NCBI GenBank assembly: GCA_964016885.1
Contig: OZ024758.1
Location: forward strand, 35,526,001 to 35,590,000
Length of the DNA stretch: 64,000 nt
Direction: 5' to 3'
From: Eledone cirrhosa
Lineage: Eukaryota
Shown here: positions 13,801-29,200 of the stretch, one piece after another
How positions within the stretch are numbered: the first letter of the stretch is position 1
Layout of the letters: each line of letters opens with the position of its first letter
Translations under genes and position numbers: made by a program
Notes under the pieces: model-generated
Told to the model about the DNA's origin: nothing
Database searches by the model: none
What the model saw: only the letters and a program-made list of their open reading frames with translations

Positions 13801-16800
13801 GTTCATGGTACTAGCTGTCAGAAGTAACTCCACTGTTGGTGAGAATTCATTTAAGTTCATGGTATTAGCTGTCAGAAGTAACTCCAATGTTGGTGAGAAT
13901 TCATTTAAGTTCATGGTATTAGCTGTCAGAAGTAACTCCACTGTTGGTGAGAATTCATTTAAGTTCATGGTATTAGCTGTCAGAAGTAACTCCACGGTTG
14001 GTGAGAATTCATTTAAGTTCATGGTACTAGCTGTCAGAAGTAACTCCACTGTTGGTGAGAATTCATTTAAGTTCATGGTATTAGTTTGTCAGAAGTAACT
14101 CCACTGTTGGTGAGAATTCATTTAAGTCATGGTATTAGTTGTCAGAAGTAACTCCAATGTTGGTGAGAATTCATTTAAGTTCATGGTACTAGCTGTCAGA
14201 AGTAACTCCACTGTTGGTGAGAATTCATTTAAGTTCATGGTATTAGCTGTCAGAAGTAACTCCACTGTTGGTGAGAATTCATTTAAGTCATGGTATTAGT
14301 TGTCAGAAGTAACTCCAATGTTGGTGAGAATTCATTTAAGTTCATGGTACTAGCTGTCAGAAGTAACTCCACTGTTGGTGAGAATTCATTTAAGTTCATG
14401 GTATTAGCTGTCAGAAGTAACTCCACTGTTGGTGAGAATTCATTTAAGTTCATGGTATTAGCTGTCAGAAGGAACTCCACTGTTGGTGAGAATTCATTTA
14501 AGTTCATGGTATTAGCTGTCAGAAGTAACTCCACTGTTGGTGAGAATTCATTTAAGTTCATGGTATTAGCTGTCAGAAGTAACTCCACTGTTGGTGAGAA
14601 TTCATTTAAGTTCATGGTACTAGCTGTCAGAAGTAACTCCACTGTTGGTGAGAATTCATTTAAGTTCATGGTATTAGCTGTCAGAAGTAACTCCAATGTT
14701 GGTGAGAATTCATTTAAGTTCATGGTATTAGCTGTCAGAAGTAACTCCACTGTTGGTGAGGATTCATTTAAGTTCATGGTATTAGCTGTCAGAAGTAACT
14801 CCACTGTTGGTGAGAATTCATTTAAGTTCATGGTACTAGCTGTCAGAAGTAACTCCACTGTTGGTGAGAATTCATTTAAGTTCATGGTATTAGTTTGTCA
14901 GAAGTAACTCCACTGTTGGTGAGAATTCATTTAAGTCATGGTATTAGTTGTCAGAAGTAACTCCAATGTTGGTGAGAATTCATTTAAGTTCATGGTACTA
15001 GCTGTCAGAAGTAACTCCACTGTTGGTGATAATTCATTTAAGTTCATGGTATTAGCTGTCAGAAGTAACTCCACTGTTGGTGAGAATTCATTTAAGTTCA
15101 TGGTATTAGTTTGTCAGAAGTAACTCCACTGTTGGTGAGAATTCATTTAAGTCATGGTATTAGTTGTCAGAAGTAACTCCAATGTTGGTGAGAATTCATT
15201 TAAGTTCATGGTACTAGCTGTCAGAAGTAACTCCACTGTTGGTGAGAATTCATTTAAGTTCATGGTATTAGCTGTCAGAAGTAACTCCACTGTTGGTGAG
15301 AATTCATTTAAGTTCATGGTACTAGCTGTCAGAAGTAACTCCAATGTTGGTGAGAATTCATTTAAGTTCATGGTATTAGCTGTCAGAAGTAACTCCACTG
15401 TTGGTGAGAATTCATTTAAGTCATGGTATTAGCTGTCAGAAGTAACTCCAATGTTGGTGAGAATTCATTTAAGTTCATGGTATTAGCTGTCAGAAGTAAC
15501 TCCACTGTTGGTGAGAATTCATTTAAGTCATGGTATTAGCTGTCAGAAGTAACTCCAATGTTGGTGAGAATTCATTTAAGTTCATGGTATTAGCTGTCAG
15601 AAGTAACTCCACTGTTGGTGAGAATTCATTTAAATCATGGTATTAGTTGTCAGAAGTAACTCCAATGTTGGTGAGAATTCATTTAAGTTCATGGTACTAG
15701 CTGTCAGAAGTAACTCCACTGTTGGTGAGAATTCATTTAAGTTCATGGTATTAGTTTGTCAGAAGTAACTCCACTGTTGGTGAGAATTCATTTAAGTCAT
15801 GGTATTAGTTGTCAGAAGTAACTCCAATGTTGGTGAGAATTCATTTAAGTCATGGTACTAGCTGTCAGAAGTAACTCCAATGTTGGTTAGAATTCATTTA
15901 AGTTCATGGTATTAGCTGTCAGAAGGAACTCCACTGTTGGTGAGAATTCATTTAAGTTCATGGTATTAGCTGTCAGAAATAACTCCACTGTTGGTGAGAA
16001 TTCATTTAAGTTCATGGTACTAGCTGTCAGAAGTAACTCCAGTGTTGGTGAGAATTCATTTAAGTTCATGGTATTAGTTTGTCAGAAGTAACTCCACTGT
16101 TGGTGAGAATTCATTTAAGTCATGGTATTAGTTGTCAGAAGTAACTCCAATGTTGGTGAGAATTCATTTAAGTCATGGTACTAGCTGTCAGAAGTAACTC
16201 CAATGTTGGTGAGAATTCATTTTAGTTCATGGTATTAGCTGTCAGAAGGAACTCCACTGTTGGTGAGAAATCATTTAAGTTCATGGTATTAGCTGTCAGA
16301 AGTAACTTCACTGTTGGTGAGAATTCATTTAAGTTCATGGTACTAGCTGTCAGAAGTAACTCCAATGTTGGTGAGAATTCATTTAAGTTCATGGTATTAG
16401 CTGTCAGAAGTAACTCCACTGTTGGTGAGAATTCATTTAAGTTCATGGTATTAGCTGTCAGAAGTAACTCCACTGTTGGTGAGAATTCATTTAAGTTCAT
16501 GGTACTAGCTGTCAGAAGTAACTCCACTGTTGGTGAGAATTCATTTAAGTTCATGGTATTAGCTGTCAGAAGTAACTCCAATGTTGGTGAGAATTCATTT
16601 AAGTTCATGGTATTAGCTGTCAGAAGTAACTCCACTGTTGGTGAGAATTCATTTAAGTTCATGGTATTAGCTGTCAGAAGTAACTCCACGGTTGGTGAGA
16701 ATTCATTTAAGTTCATGGTACTAGCTGTCAGAAGTAACTCCACTGTTGGTGAGAATTCATTTAAGTTCATGGTATTAGTTTGTCAGAAGTAACTCCACTG

Positions 16801-17200
16801 TTGGTGAGAATTCATTTAAGTCATGGTATTAGTTGTCAGAAGTAACTCCAATGTTGGTGAGAATTCATTTAAGTTCATGGTACTAGCTGTCAGAAGTAAC
16901 TCCACTGTTGGTGAGAATTCATTTAAGTTCATGGTATTAGCTGTCAGAAGTAACTCCACTGTTGGTGAGAATTCATTTAAGTCATGGTATTAGTTGTCAG
17001 AAGTAACTCCAATGTTGGTGAGAATTCATTTAAGTTCATGGTACTAGCTGTCAGAAGTAACTCCACTGTTGGTGAGAATTCATTTAAGTTCATGGTATTA
17101 GCTGTCAGAAGTAACTCCACTGTTGGTGAGAATTCATTTAAGTTCATGGTATTAGCTGTCAGAAGGAACTCCACTGTTGGTGAGAATTCATTTAAGTTCA
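11900..17200. repeat. Higher-order tandem duplication, period 2,748/2,694 bp (51/50 monomers)
   Basis: The offset is 2748 (12190/14938, 12406/15154) and then 2694 (13212/15906, 13535/16229, 14290/16984), so one monomer is missing from the second copy. The copies share the rare variants GGTGATAATT, AGAAATAACT and CCACGGTT. Confidence 0.85.
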
Positions 17201-20200
17201 TGGTACTAGCTGTCAGAAGTAACTCCACTGTTGGTGAGAATTCATTTAAGTTCATGGTATTAGTTTGTCAGAAGTAACTCCACTGTTGGTGAGAATTCAT
17301 TTAAGTCATGGTATTAGTTGTCAGAAGTAACTCCAATGTTGGTGAGAATTCATTTAAGTCATGGTACTAGCTGTCAGAAGTAACTCCAATGTTGGTGAGA
17401 ATTCATTTAAGTTCATGGTATTAGCTGTCAGAAGGAACTCCACTGTTGGTGAGAATTCATTTAAGTTCATGGTATTAGCTGTCAGAAGTAACTCCACTGT
17501 TGGTGAGAATTCATTTAAGTTCATGGTACTAGCTGTCAGAAGTAACTCCAATGTTGGTGAGAATTCATTTAAGTTCATGGTATTAGCTGTCAGAAGTAAC
17601 TCCAGTGTTGGTGAGAATTCATTTAAGTCATTGTATTAGCTGTCAGAAGTAACTCCAATGTTGGTGAGAATTCATTTAAGTTCATGGTATTAGCTGTCAG
17701 AAATAACTCCACTGTTGGTGAGAATTCATTTAAGTTCATGGTATTAGCTGTCAGAAGTAACTCCACTGTTGGTGAGAATTCATTTAAGTTAGAATGGTAC
17801 TAGCTGTCAGAAGTAACTCCACTGTTGGTGAGAATTCATTTAAGTTCATGGTATTAGTTTGTCAGAAGTAACTCCACTGTTGGTGAGAATTCATTTAAGT
17901 CATGGTATTAGTTGTCAGAAGTAACTCCAATGTTGGTGAGAATTCATTTAAGTTCATGGTATTAGCTGTCAGAAGGAACTCCACTGTTGGTGAGAATTCA
18001 TTTAAGTTCATGGTATTAGCTGTCAGAAGGAACTCCAATGTTGGTGAGAATTCATTTAAGTCATGGTACTAGCTGTCAGAAGTAACTCCACTGTTGGTGA
18101 GAATTCATTTAAGTTCATGGTATTAGCTGTCAGAAGGAACGCCACTGTTGGTGAGAATTCATTTAAGTTCATGGTATTAGCTGTCAGAAGGAACTCCACT
18201 GTTGGTGAGAATTCATTTAAGTTCATGGTACTACCTGTCAGAAGTAACTCCACTGTTGGTGAGAATTCATTTAAGTTCATGGTATTAGCTGTCAGAAGTA
18301 ACTCCAATGTTGGTGAGAATTCATTTAAGTTCATGGTATTAGCTGTCAGAAGTAACTCCACTGTTGGTGAGAATTCATTTAAGTTCATGGTATTAGCTGT
18401 CAGAAGTAACTCCACTGTTGGTGAGAATTCATTTAAGTTCATGGTACTAGCTGTCAGAAGTAACTCCACTGTTGGTGAGAATTCATTTAAGTTCATAGTA
18501 TTAGTTTGTCAGAAGTAACTCCACTGTTGGTGAGAATTCATTTAAGTCATGGTATTAGTTGTCAGAAGTAACTCTAATGTTGGTGAGAATTCATTTAAGT
18601 TCATGGTACTAGCTGTCAGAAGTAACTCCACTGTTGGTGAGAATTCATTTAAGTTCATGGTATTAGCTGTCAGAAGTAACTCCACTGTTGGTGAGAATTC
18701 ATTTAAGTCATGGTATTAGCTGTCAGAAGTAACTCCACTGTTGGTGAGAATTCATTTAAGTTCATGGTATTAGTTTGTCAGAAGTAACTCCACTGTTGGT
18801 GAGAATTCATTTAAGTCATGGTATTAGTTGTCAGAAGTAACTCCAATGTTGGTGAGAATTCATTTAAGTTCATGGTACTAGCTGTCAGAAGTAACTCCAT
18901 TGTTGGTGAGAATTCATTTAAGTTCATGGTACTAGCTGTCAGAAGTAACTCCACTGTTGGTGAGAATTCATTTAAGTTCATGGTATTAGTTTGTCAGAAC
19001 TAACTCCACTGTAGGTGAGAATTCATTTAAGTCATGGTATTAGTTGTCAGAATTAACTCCAATGTTGGTGAGAATTCATTTAAGTCATGGTACTAGCTGT
19101 CAGAAGTAACTCCAATGTTGGTTAGAATTCATTTAAGTTCATGGTATTAGCTGTCAGAAGGAACTCCACTGTTGGTGAGAATTCATTTAAGTTCATGGTA
19201 TTAGCTGTCAGAAGTAACTCCACTGTTGGTGAGAATTCATTTAAGTTCATGGTACTAGCTGTCAGAAGTAACTCCACTGTTGGTGAGAATTCATTTAAGT
19301 TCATGGTATTAGTTTGTCAGAAGTAACTCCACTGTTGGTGAGAATTCATTTAAGTCATGGTATTAGTTGTCAGAAGTAACTCCAATGTTGGTGAGAATTC
19401 ATTTAAGTTCATGGTATTAGCTGTCAGAAGGAACTCCACTGTTGGTGAGAATTCATTTAAGTTCATGGTATTAGCTGTCAGAAGGAACTCCAATGTTGGT
19501 GAGCATTCATTTAAGTCATGGTACTAGCTGTCAGAAGTAACTCCACTGTTGGTGAGAATTCATTTAAGTTCATGGTATTAGCTGTCAGAAGGAACGCCAC
19601 TGTTGGTGAGAATTCATTTAAGTTCATGGTATTAGCTGTCAGAAGGAACTCCACTGTTGGTGATAATTCATTTAAGTTCATGGTATTAGCTGTCAGAAGT
19701 AACTCCACTGTTGGTGAGAATTCATTTAAGTTCATGGTATTAGCTGTCAGAAGTAACTCCAATGTTGGTGAGAATTCATTTAAGTTCATGGTATTAGCTG
19801 TCAGAAGTAACTCCACTGTTGGTGAGAATTCAGTTAAGTTCATGGTATTAGCTGTCAGAAGTAACTCCACTGTTGGTGAGAATTCATTTAAGTTCATGGT
19901 ACTAGCTGTCAGAAGTAACTCCACTGTTGGTGAGAATTCATTTAAGTTCATAGTATTAGTTTGTCAGAAGTAACTCCACTGTTGGTGAGAATTCATTTAA
20001 GTCATGGTATTAGTTGTCAGAAGTAACTCTAATGTTGGTGAGAATTCATTTAAGTTCATGGTACTAGCTGTCAGAAGTAACTCCACTGTTGGTGAGAATT
20101 CATTTAAGTTCATGGTATTAGCTGTCAGAAGTAACTCCACTGTTGGTGAGAATTCATTTAAGTTCATGGTATTAGCTGTCAGAAGTAACTCCACTGTTGG

Positions 20201-20219
20201 TGAGAATTCATTTAAGTCA

Positions 20220-23200
20220 TGGTATTAGCTGTCAGAAGTAACTCCATTGTTGGTGAGAATTCATTTAAGTCATGGTACTAGATTTCAGAAGTAACTCCAC
20301 TGTTGGTGAGAATTCATTTAAGTTCATGGTATTAGTTTGTCAGAAGTAACTCCACTGTTGGTGAGAATTCATTTAAGTCATGGTATTAGTTGTCAGAAGT
20401 AACTCCAATGTTGGTGAGAATTCATTTAAGTTCATGGTACTAGCTGTCAGAAGTAACTCCATTGTTGGTGAGAATTCATTTAAGTTCATGGTACTAGCTG
20501 TCAGAAGTAACTCCACTGTTGGTGAGAATTCATTTAAGTTCATGGTATTAGTTTGTCAGAACTAACTCCACTGTTGGTGAGAATTCATTTAAGTCATGGT
20601 ATTAGTTGTCAGAATTAACTCCAATGTTGGTGAGAATTCATTTAAGTCATGGTACTAGCTGTCAGAAGTAACTCCAATGTTGGTTAGAATTCATTTAAGT
20701 TCATGGTATTAGCTGTCAGAAGGAACTCCACTGTTGGTGAGAATTCATTTAAGTTCATGGTATTAGCTGTCAGAAGTAACTCCACTGTTGGTGAGAATTC
20801 ATTTAAGTTCATGGTACTAGCTGTCAGAAGTAACTCCACTGTTGGTGAGAATTCATTTAAGTTCATGGTATTAGTTTGTCAGAAGTAACTCCACTGTTGG
20901 TGAGAATTCATTTAAGTCATGGTATTAGTTGTCAGAAGTAACTCCAATGTTGGTGAGAATTCATTTAAGTCATAGTACTAGCTGTCAGAAGTAACTCCAA
21001 TGTTGGTGAGAATTCATTTTAGTTCATGGTATTAGCTGTCAGAAGGAACTCCACTGTTGGTGAGAAATCATTTAAGTTCATGGTATTAGCTGTCAGAAGT
21101 AACTTCACTGTTGGTGAGAATTCATTTAAGTTCATGGTACTAGCTGTCAGAAGTAACTCCAATGTTGGTGAGAATTCATTTAAGTTCATGGTATTAGCTG
21201 TCAGAAGTAACTCCACTGTTGGTGAGAATTCATTTAAGTTCATGGTATTAGCTGTCAGAAGTAACTCCACTGTTGGTGAGAATTCATTTAAGTTCATGGT
21301 ACTACCTGTCAGAAGTAACTCCACTGTTGGTGAGAATTCATTTAAGTTCATGGTATTAGCTGTCAGAAGTAACTCCAATGTTGGTTAGAATTCATTTAAG
21401 TTCATGGTATTAGCTGTCAGAAGTAACTCCACTGTTGGTGAGAATTCATTTAAGTTCATGGTATTAGCTGTCAGAAGTAACTCCACTGTTGGTGAGAATT
21501 CATTTAAGTTCATGGTACTAGCTGTCAGAAGTAACTCCACTGTTGGTGAGAATTCATTTAAGTTCATGGTATTAGTTTGTCAGAAGTAACTCCACTGTTG
21601 GTGAGAATTCATTTAATTAATGGTATTAGTTGTCAGAAGTAACTCCAATGTTGGTGAGAATTCATTTAAGTTCATGGTACTAGCTGTCAGAAGTAACTCC
21701 ACTGTTGGTGAGAATTCATTTAAGTTCATGGTATTAGCTGTCAGAAGTAACTCCACTGTTGGTGAGAATTCATTTAAGTTCATGGTATTAGCTGTCAGAA
21801 GTAACTCCACTGTTGGTGAGAATTCATTTAAGTTCATGGTACTAGCTGTCAGAAGTAACTCCACTGTTGGTGAGAATTCATTTAAGTTCATGGTATTAGT
21901 TTGTCAGAAGTAACTCCACTGTTGGTGAGAATTCATTTAAGTCATGGTATTAGTTGTCAGAAGTAACTCCAATGTTGGTGAGAATTCATTTAAGTCATAG
22001 TACTAGCTGTCAGAAGTAACTCCAATGTTGGTGAGAATTCATTTTAGTTCATGGTATTAGCTGTCAGAAGGAACTCCACTGTTGGTGAGAAATCATTTAA
22101 GTTCATGGTATTAGCTGTCAGAAGTAACTTCACTGTTGGTGAGAATTCATTTAAGTTCATGGTACTAGCTGTCAGAAGTAACTCCAATGTTGGTGAGAAT
22201 TCATTTAAGTTCATGGTATTAGCTGTCAGAAGTAACTCCACTGTTGGTGAGAATTCATTTAAGTTCATGGTATTAGCTGTCAGAAGTAACTCCACTGTTG
22301 GTGAGAATTCATTTAAGTTCATGGTACTACCTGTCAGAAGTAACTCCACTGTTGGTGAGAATTCATTTAAGTTCATGGTATTAGCTGTCAGAAGTAACTC
22401 CAATATTGGTGAGAATTCATTTAAGTTCATGGTATTAGCTGTCAGAAGTAACTCCACTGTTGGTGAGAATTCATTTAAGTTCATGGTATTAGCTGTCAGA
22501 AGTAACTCCACTGTTGGTGAGAATTCATTTAAGTTCATGGTACTAGCTGTCAGAAGTAACTCCACTGTTGGTGAGAATTCATTTAAGTTCATGGTATTAG
22601 TTTGTCAGAAGTAACTCCACTGTTGGTGAGAATTCATTTAATTCATGGTATTAGTTGTCAGAAGTAACTCCAATGTTGGTGAGAATTCATTTAAGTTCAT
22701 GGTACTAGCTGTCAGAAGTAACTCCACTGTTGGTGAGAATTCATTTAAGTTCATGGTATTAGCTGTCAGAAGTAACTCCACTGTTGGTGAGAATTCATTT
22801 AAGTTCATGGTATTAGCTGTCAGAAGGAACTCCACTGTTGGTGAGAATTCATTTAAGTTCATGGTACTAGCTGTCAGAAGTAACTCCACTGTTGGTGAGA
22901 ATTCATTTAAGTTCATGGTATTAGTTTGTCAGAAGTAACTCCACTGTTGGTGAGAATTCATTTAAGTCATGGTATTAGTTGTCAGAAGTAACTCCAATGT
23001 TGGTGAGAATTCATTTAAGTCATGGTACTAGCTGTCAGAAGTAACTCCAATGTTGGTGAGAATTCATTTAAGTTCATGGTATTAGCTGTCAGAAGGAACT
23101 CCACTGTTGGTGATAATTCATTTAAGTTCATGGTATTAGCTGTCAGAAGTAACTCCACTGTTGGTGAGAATTCATTTAAGTTCATGGTACTAGCTGTCAG

Positions 23201-26200
23201 AAGTAACTCCAATGTTGGTGAGAATTCATTTAAGTTCATGGTATTAGCTGTCAGAAGTAACTCCACTGTTGGTGAGAATTCATTTAAGTCATGGTATTAG
23301 CTGTCAGAAGTAACTCCAATGTTGGTGAGAATTCATTTAAGTTCATGGTATTAGCTGTCAGAAGTAACTCCACTGTTGGTGAGAATTCATTTAAGTTCAT
23401 GGTATTAGCTGTCAGAAGTAACTCCACTGTTGGTGAGAATTCATTTAAATCATGGTATTAGTTGTCAGAAGTAACTCCAATGTTGGTGAGAATTCATTTA
23501 AGTTCATGGTACTAGCTGTCAGAAGTAACTCCACTGTTGGTGAGAATTCATTTAAGTTCATGGTATTAGTTTGTCAGAAGTAACTCCACTGTTGGTGAGA
23601 ATTCATTTAAGTCATGGTATTAGTTGTCAGAAGTAACTCCAATGTTGGTGAGAATTCATTTAAGTCATGGTACTAGCTGACAGAAGTAACTCCAATGTTG
23701 GTTAGAATTCATTTAAGTTCATGGTATTAGCTGTCAGAAGGAACTCCACTGTTGGTGAGAATTCATTTAAGTTCATGGTATTAGCTGTCAGAAGTAACTC
23801 CACTGTTGGTGAGAATTCAATTAAGTTCATGGTACTAGCTGTCAGAAGTAACTCCAGTGTTGGTGAGAATTCATTTAAGTTCATGGTATTAGTTTGTCAG
23901 AAGTAACTCCACTGTTGGTGAGAATTCATTTAAGTCATGGTATTAGCTGTCAGAAGTAACTCCATTGTTGGTGAGAATTCATTTAAGTCATGGTACTAGA
24001 TTTCAGAAGTAACTCCACTGTTGGTGAGAATTCATTTAAGTTCATGGTATTAGTTTGTCAGAAGTAACTCCACTGTTGGTGAGAATTCATTTAAGTCATG
24101 GTATTAGTTGTCAGAAGTAACTCCAATGTTGGTGAGAATTCATTTAAGTTCATGGTACTAGCTGTCAGAAGTAACTCCATTGTTGGTGAGAATTCATTTA
24201 AGTTCATGGTACTAGCTGTCAGAAGTAACTCCACTCTTGGTGAGAATTCATTTAAGTTCATGGTATTAGTTTGTCAGAACTAACTCCACTGTTGGTGAGA
24301 ATTCATTTAAGTCATGGTATTAGTTGTCAGAATTAACTCCAATGTTGGTGAGAATTCATTTAAGTCATGGTACTAGCTGTCAGAAGTAACTCCAATGTTG
24401 GTTAGAATTCATTTAAGTTCATGGTATTAGCTGTCAGAAGGAACTCCACTGTTGGTGAGAATTCATTTAAGTTCATGGTATTAGCTGTCAGAAGTAACTC
24501 CACTGTTGGTGAGAATTCATTTAAGTTCATGGTACTAGCTGTCAGAAGTAACTCCACTGTTGGTGAGAATTCATTTAAGTTCATGGTATTAGTTTGTCAG
24601 AAGTAACTCCACTGTTGGTGAGAATTCATTTAAGTCATGGTATTAGTTGTCAGAAGTAACTCCAATGTTGGTGAGAATTCATTTAAGTCATAGTACTAGC
24701 TGTCAGAAGTAACTCCAATGTTGGTGAGAATTCATTTAAGTTCATGGTATTAGCTGTCAGAAGTAACTCCACTGTTGGTGAGAATTCATTTAAGTTCATG
24801 GTATTAGCTGTCAGAAGTAACTCCACTGTTGGTGAGAATTCATTTAAGTTCATGGTACTACCTGTCAGAAGTAACTCCACTGTTGGTGAGAATTCATTTA
24901 AGTTCATGGTATTAGCTGTCAGAAGTAACTCCAATGTTGGTTAGAATTCATTTAAGTTCATGGTATTAGCTGTCAGAAGTAACTCCACTGTTGGTGAGAA
25001 TTCATTTAAGTTCATGGTATTAGCTGTCAGAAGTAACTCCACTGTTGGTGAGAATTCATTTAAGTTCATGGTACTAGCTGTCAGAAGTAACTCCACTGTT
25101 GGTGAGAATTCATTTAAGTTCATGGTATTAGTTTGTCAGAAGTAACTCCACTGTTGGTGAGAATTCATTTAATTAATGGTATTAGTTGTCAGAAGTAACT
25201 CCAATGTTGGTGAGAATTCATTTAAGTTCATGGTACTAGCTGTCAGAAGTAACTCCACTGTTGGTGAGAATTCATTTAAGTTCATGGTATTAGCTGTCAG
25301 AAGTAACTCCACTGTTGGTGAGAATTCATTTAAGTTCATGGTATTAGCTGTCAGAAGTAACTGCACTGTTGGTGAGAATTCATTTAAGTTCATGGTACTA
25401 GCTGTCAGAAGTAACTCCACTGTTGGTGAGAATTCATTTAAGTTCATGGTATTAGTTTGTCAGAAGTAACTCCACTGTTGGTGAGAATTCATTTAAGTCA
25501 TGGTATTAGTTGTCAGAAGTAACTCCAATGTTGGTGAGAATTCATTTAAGTCATAGTACTAGCTGTCAGAAGTAACTCCAATGTTGGTGAGAATTCATTT
25601 TAGTTCATGGTATTAGCTGTCAGAAGGAACTCCACTGTTGGTGAGAAATCATTTAAGTTCATGGTATTAGCTGTCAGAAGTAACTTCACTGTTGGTGAGA
25701 ATTCATTTAAGTTCATGGTACTAGCTGTCAGAAGTAACTCCAATGTTGGTGAGAATTCATTTAAGTTCATGGTATTAGCTGTCAGAAGTAACTCCACTGT
25801 TGGTGAGAATTCATTTAAGTTCATGGTATTAGCTGTCAGAAGTAACTCCACTGTTGGTGAGAATTCATTTAAGTTCATGGTACTACCTGTCAGAAGTAAC
25901 TCCACTGTTGGTGAGAATTCATTTAAGTTCATGGTATTAGCTGTCAGAAGTAACTCCAATGTTGGTGAGAATTCATTTAAGTTCATGGTATTAGCTGTCA
26001 GAAGTAACTCCACTGTTGGTGAGAATTCATTTAAGTTCATGGTATTAGCTGTCAGAAGTAACTCCACTGTTGGTGAGAATTCATTTAAGTTCATGGTACT
26101 AGCTGTCAGAAGTAACTCCACTGTTGGTGAGAATTCATTTAAGTTCATGGTATTAGTTTGTCAGAAGTAACTCCACTGTTGGTGAGAATTCATTTAAGTC

Positions 26201-29200
26201 ATGGTATTAGTTGTCAGAAGTAACTCCAATGTTGGTGAGAATTCATTTAAGTCATAGTACTAGCTGTCAGAAGTAACTCCAATGTTGGTGAGAATTCATT
26301 TTAGTTCATGGTATTAGCTGTCAGAAGGAACTCCACTGTTGGTGAGAAATCATTTAAGTTCATGGTATTAGCTGTCAGAAGTAACTTCACTGTTGGTGAG
26401 AATTCATTTAAGTTCATGGTACTAGCTGTCAGAAGTAACTCCAATGTTGGTGAGAATTCATTTAAGTTCATGGTATTAGCTGTCAGAAGTAACTCCACTG
26501 TTGGTGAGAATTCATTTAAGTTCATGGTATTAGCTGTCAGAAGTAACTCCACTGTTGGTGAGAATTCATTTAAGTTCATGGTACTACCTGTCAGAAGTAA
26601 CTCCACTGTTGGTGAGAATTCATTTAAGTTCATGGTATTAGCTGTCAGAAGTAACTCCAATATTGGTGAGAATTCATTTAAGTTCATGGTATTAGCTGTC
26701 AGAAGTAACTCCACTGTTGGTGAGAATTCATTTAAGTTCATGGTATTAGCTGTCAGAAGTAACTCCACTGTTGGTGAGAATTCATTTAAGTTCATGGTAC
26801 TAGCTGTCAGAAGTAACTCCACTGTTGGTGAGAATTCATTTAAGTTCATGGTATTAGTTTGTCAGAAGTAACTCCACTGTTGGTGAGAATTCATTTAATT
26901 CATGGTATTAGTTGTCAGAAGTAACTCCAATGTTGGTGAGAATTCATTTAAGTTCATGGTACTAGCTGTCAGAAGTAACTCCACTGTTGGTGAGAATTCA
27001 TTTAAGTTCATGGTATTAGCTGTCAGAAGTAACTCCACTGTTGGTGAGAATTCATTTAAGTTCATGGTATTAGCTGTCAGAAGGAACTCCACTGTTGGTG
27101 AGAATTCATTTAAGTTCATGGTACTAGCTGTCAGAAGTAACTCCACTGTTGGTGAGAATTCATTTAAGTTCATGGTATTAGTTTGTCAGAAGTAACTCCA
27201 CTGTTGGTGAGAATTCATTTAAGTCATGGTATTAGTTGTCAGAAGTAACTCCAATGTTGGTGAGAATTCATTTAAGTCATGGTACTAGCTGTCAGAAGTA
27301 ACTCCAATGTTGGTGAGAATTCATTTAAGTTCATGGTATTAGCTGTCAGAAGGAACTCCACTGTTGGTGATAATTCATTTAAGTTCATGGTATTAGCTGT
27401 CAGAAGTAACTCCACTGTTGGTGAGAATTCATTTAAGTTCATGGTACTAGCTGTCAGAAGTAACTCCAATGTTGGTGAGAATTCATTTAAGTTCATGGTA
27501 TTAGCTGTCAGAAGTAACTCCACTGTTGGTGAGAATTCATTTAAGTCATGGTATTAGCTGTCAGAAGTAACTCCAATGTTGGTGAGAATTCATTTAAGTT
27601 CATGGTATTAGCTGTCAGAAGTAACTCCACTGTTGGTGAGAATTCATTTAAGTTCATGGTATTAGCTGTCAGAAGTAACTCCACTGTTGGTGAGAATTCA
27701 TTTAAATCATGGTATTAGTTGTCAGAAGTAACTCCAATGTTGGTGAGAATTCATTTAAGTTCATGGTACTAGCTGTCAGAAGTAACTCCACTGTTGGTGA
27801 GAATTCATTTAAGTTCATGGTATTAGTTTGTCAGAAGTAACTCCACTGTTGGTGAGAATTCATTTAAGTCATGGTATTAGTTGTCAGAAGTAACTCCAAT
27901 GTTGGTGAGAATTCATTTAAGTCATGGTACTAGCTGACAGAAGTAACTCCAATGTTGGTTAGAATTCATTTAAGTTCATGGTATTAGCTGTCAGAAGGAA
28001 CTCCACTGTTGGTGAGAATTCATTTAAGTTCATGGTATTAGCTGTCAGAAGTAACTCCACTGTTGGTGAGAATTCATTTAAGTTCATGGTACTAGCTGTC
28101 AGAAGTAACTCCAGTGTTGGTGAGAATTCATTTAAGTTCATGGTATTAGTTTGTCAGAAGTAACTCCACTGTTGGTGAGAATTCATTTAAGTCATGGTAT
28201 TAGCTGTCAGAAGTAACTCCATTGTTGGTGAGAATTCATTTAAGTCATGGTACTAGATTTCAGAAGTAACTCCACTGTTGGTGAGAATTCATTTAAGTTC
28301 ATGGTATTAGTTTGTCAGAAGTAACTCCACTGTTGGTGAGAATTCATTTAAGTCATGGTATTAGTTGTCAGAAGTAACTCCAATGTTGGTGAGAATTCAT
28401 TTAAGTTCATGGTACTAGCTGTCAGAAGTAACTCCATTGTTGGTGAGAATTCATTTAAGTTCATGGTACTAGCTGTCAGAAGTAACTCCACTGTTGGTGA
28501 GAATTCATTTAAGTTCATGGTATTAGTTTGTCAGAACTAACTCCACTGTTGGTGAGAATTCATTTAAGTCATGGTATTAGTTGTCAGAATTAACTCCAAT
28601 GTTGGTGAGAATTCATTTAAGTCATGGTACTAGCTGTCAGAAGTAACTCCAATGTTGGTTAGAATTCATTTAAGTTCATGGTATTAGCTGTCAGAAGGAA
28701 CTCCACTGTTGGTGAGAATTCATTTAAGTTCATGGTATTAGCTGTCAGAAGTAACTCCACTGTTGGTGAGAATTCATTTAAGTTCATGGTACTAGCTGTC
28801 AGAAGTAACTCCACTGTTGGTGAGAATTCATTTAAGTTCATGGTATTAGTTTGTCAGAAGTAACTCCACTGTTGGTGAGAATTCATTTAAGTCATGGTAT
28901 TAGTTGTCAGAAGTAACTCCAATGTTGGTGAGAATTCATTTAAGTCATAGTACTAGCTGTCAGAAGTAACTCCAATGTTGGTGAGAATTCATTTTAGTTC
29001 ATGGTATTAGCTGTCAGAAGGAACTCCACTGTTGGTGAGAAATCATTTAAGTTCATGGTATTAGCTGTCAGAAGTAACTTCACTGTTGGTGAGAATTCAT
29101 TTAAGTTCATGGTACTAGCTGTCAGAAGTAACTCCAATGTTGGTGAGAATTCATTTAAGTTCATGGTATTAGCTGTCAGAAGTAACTCCACTGTTGGTGA

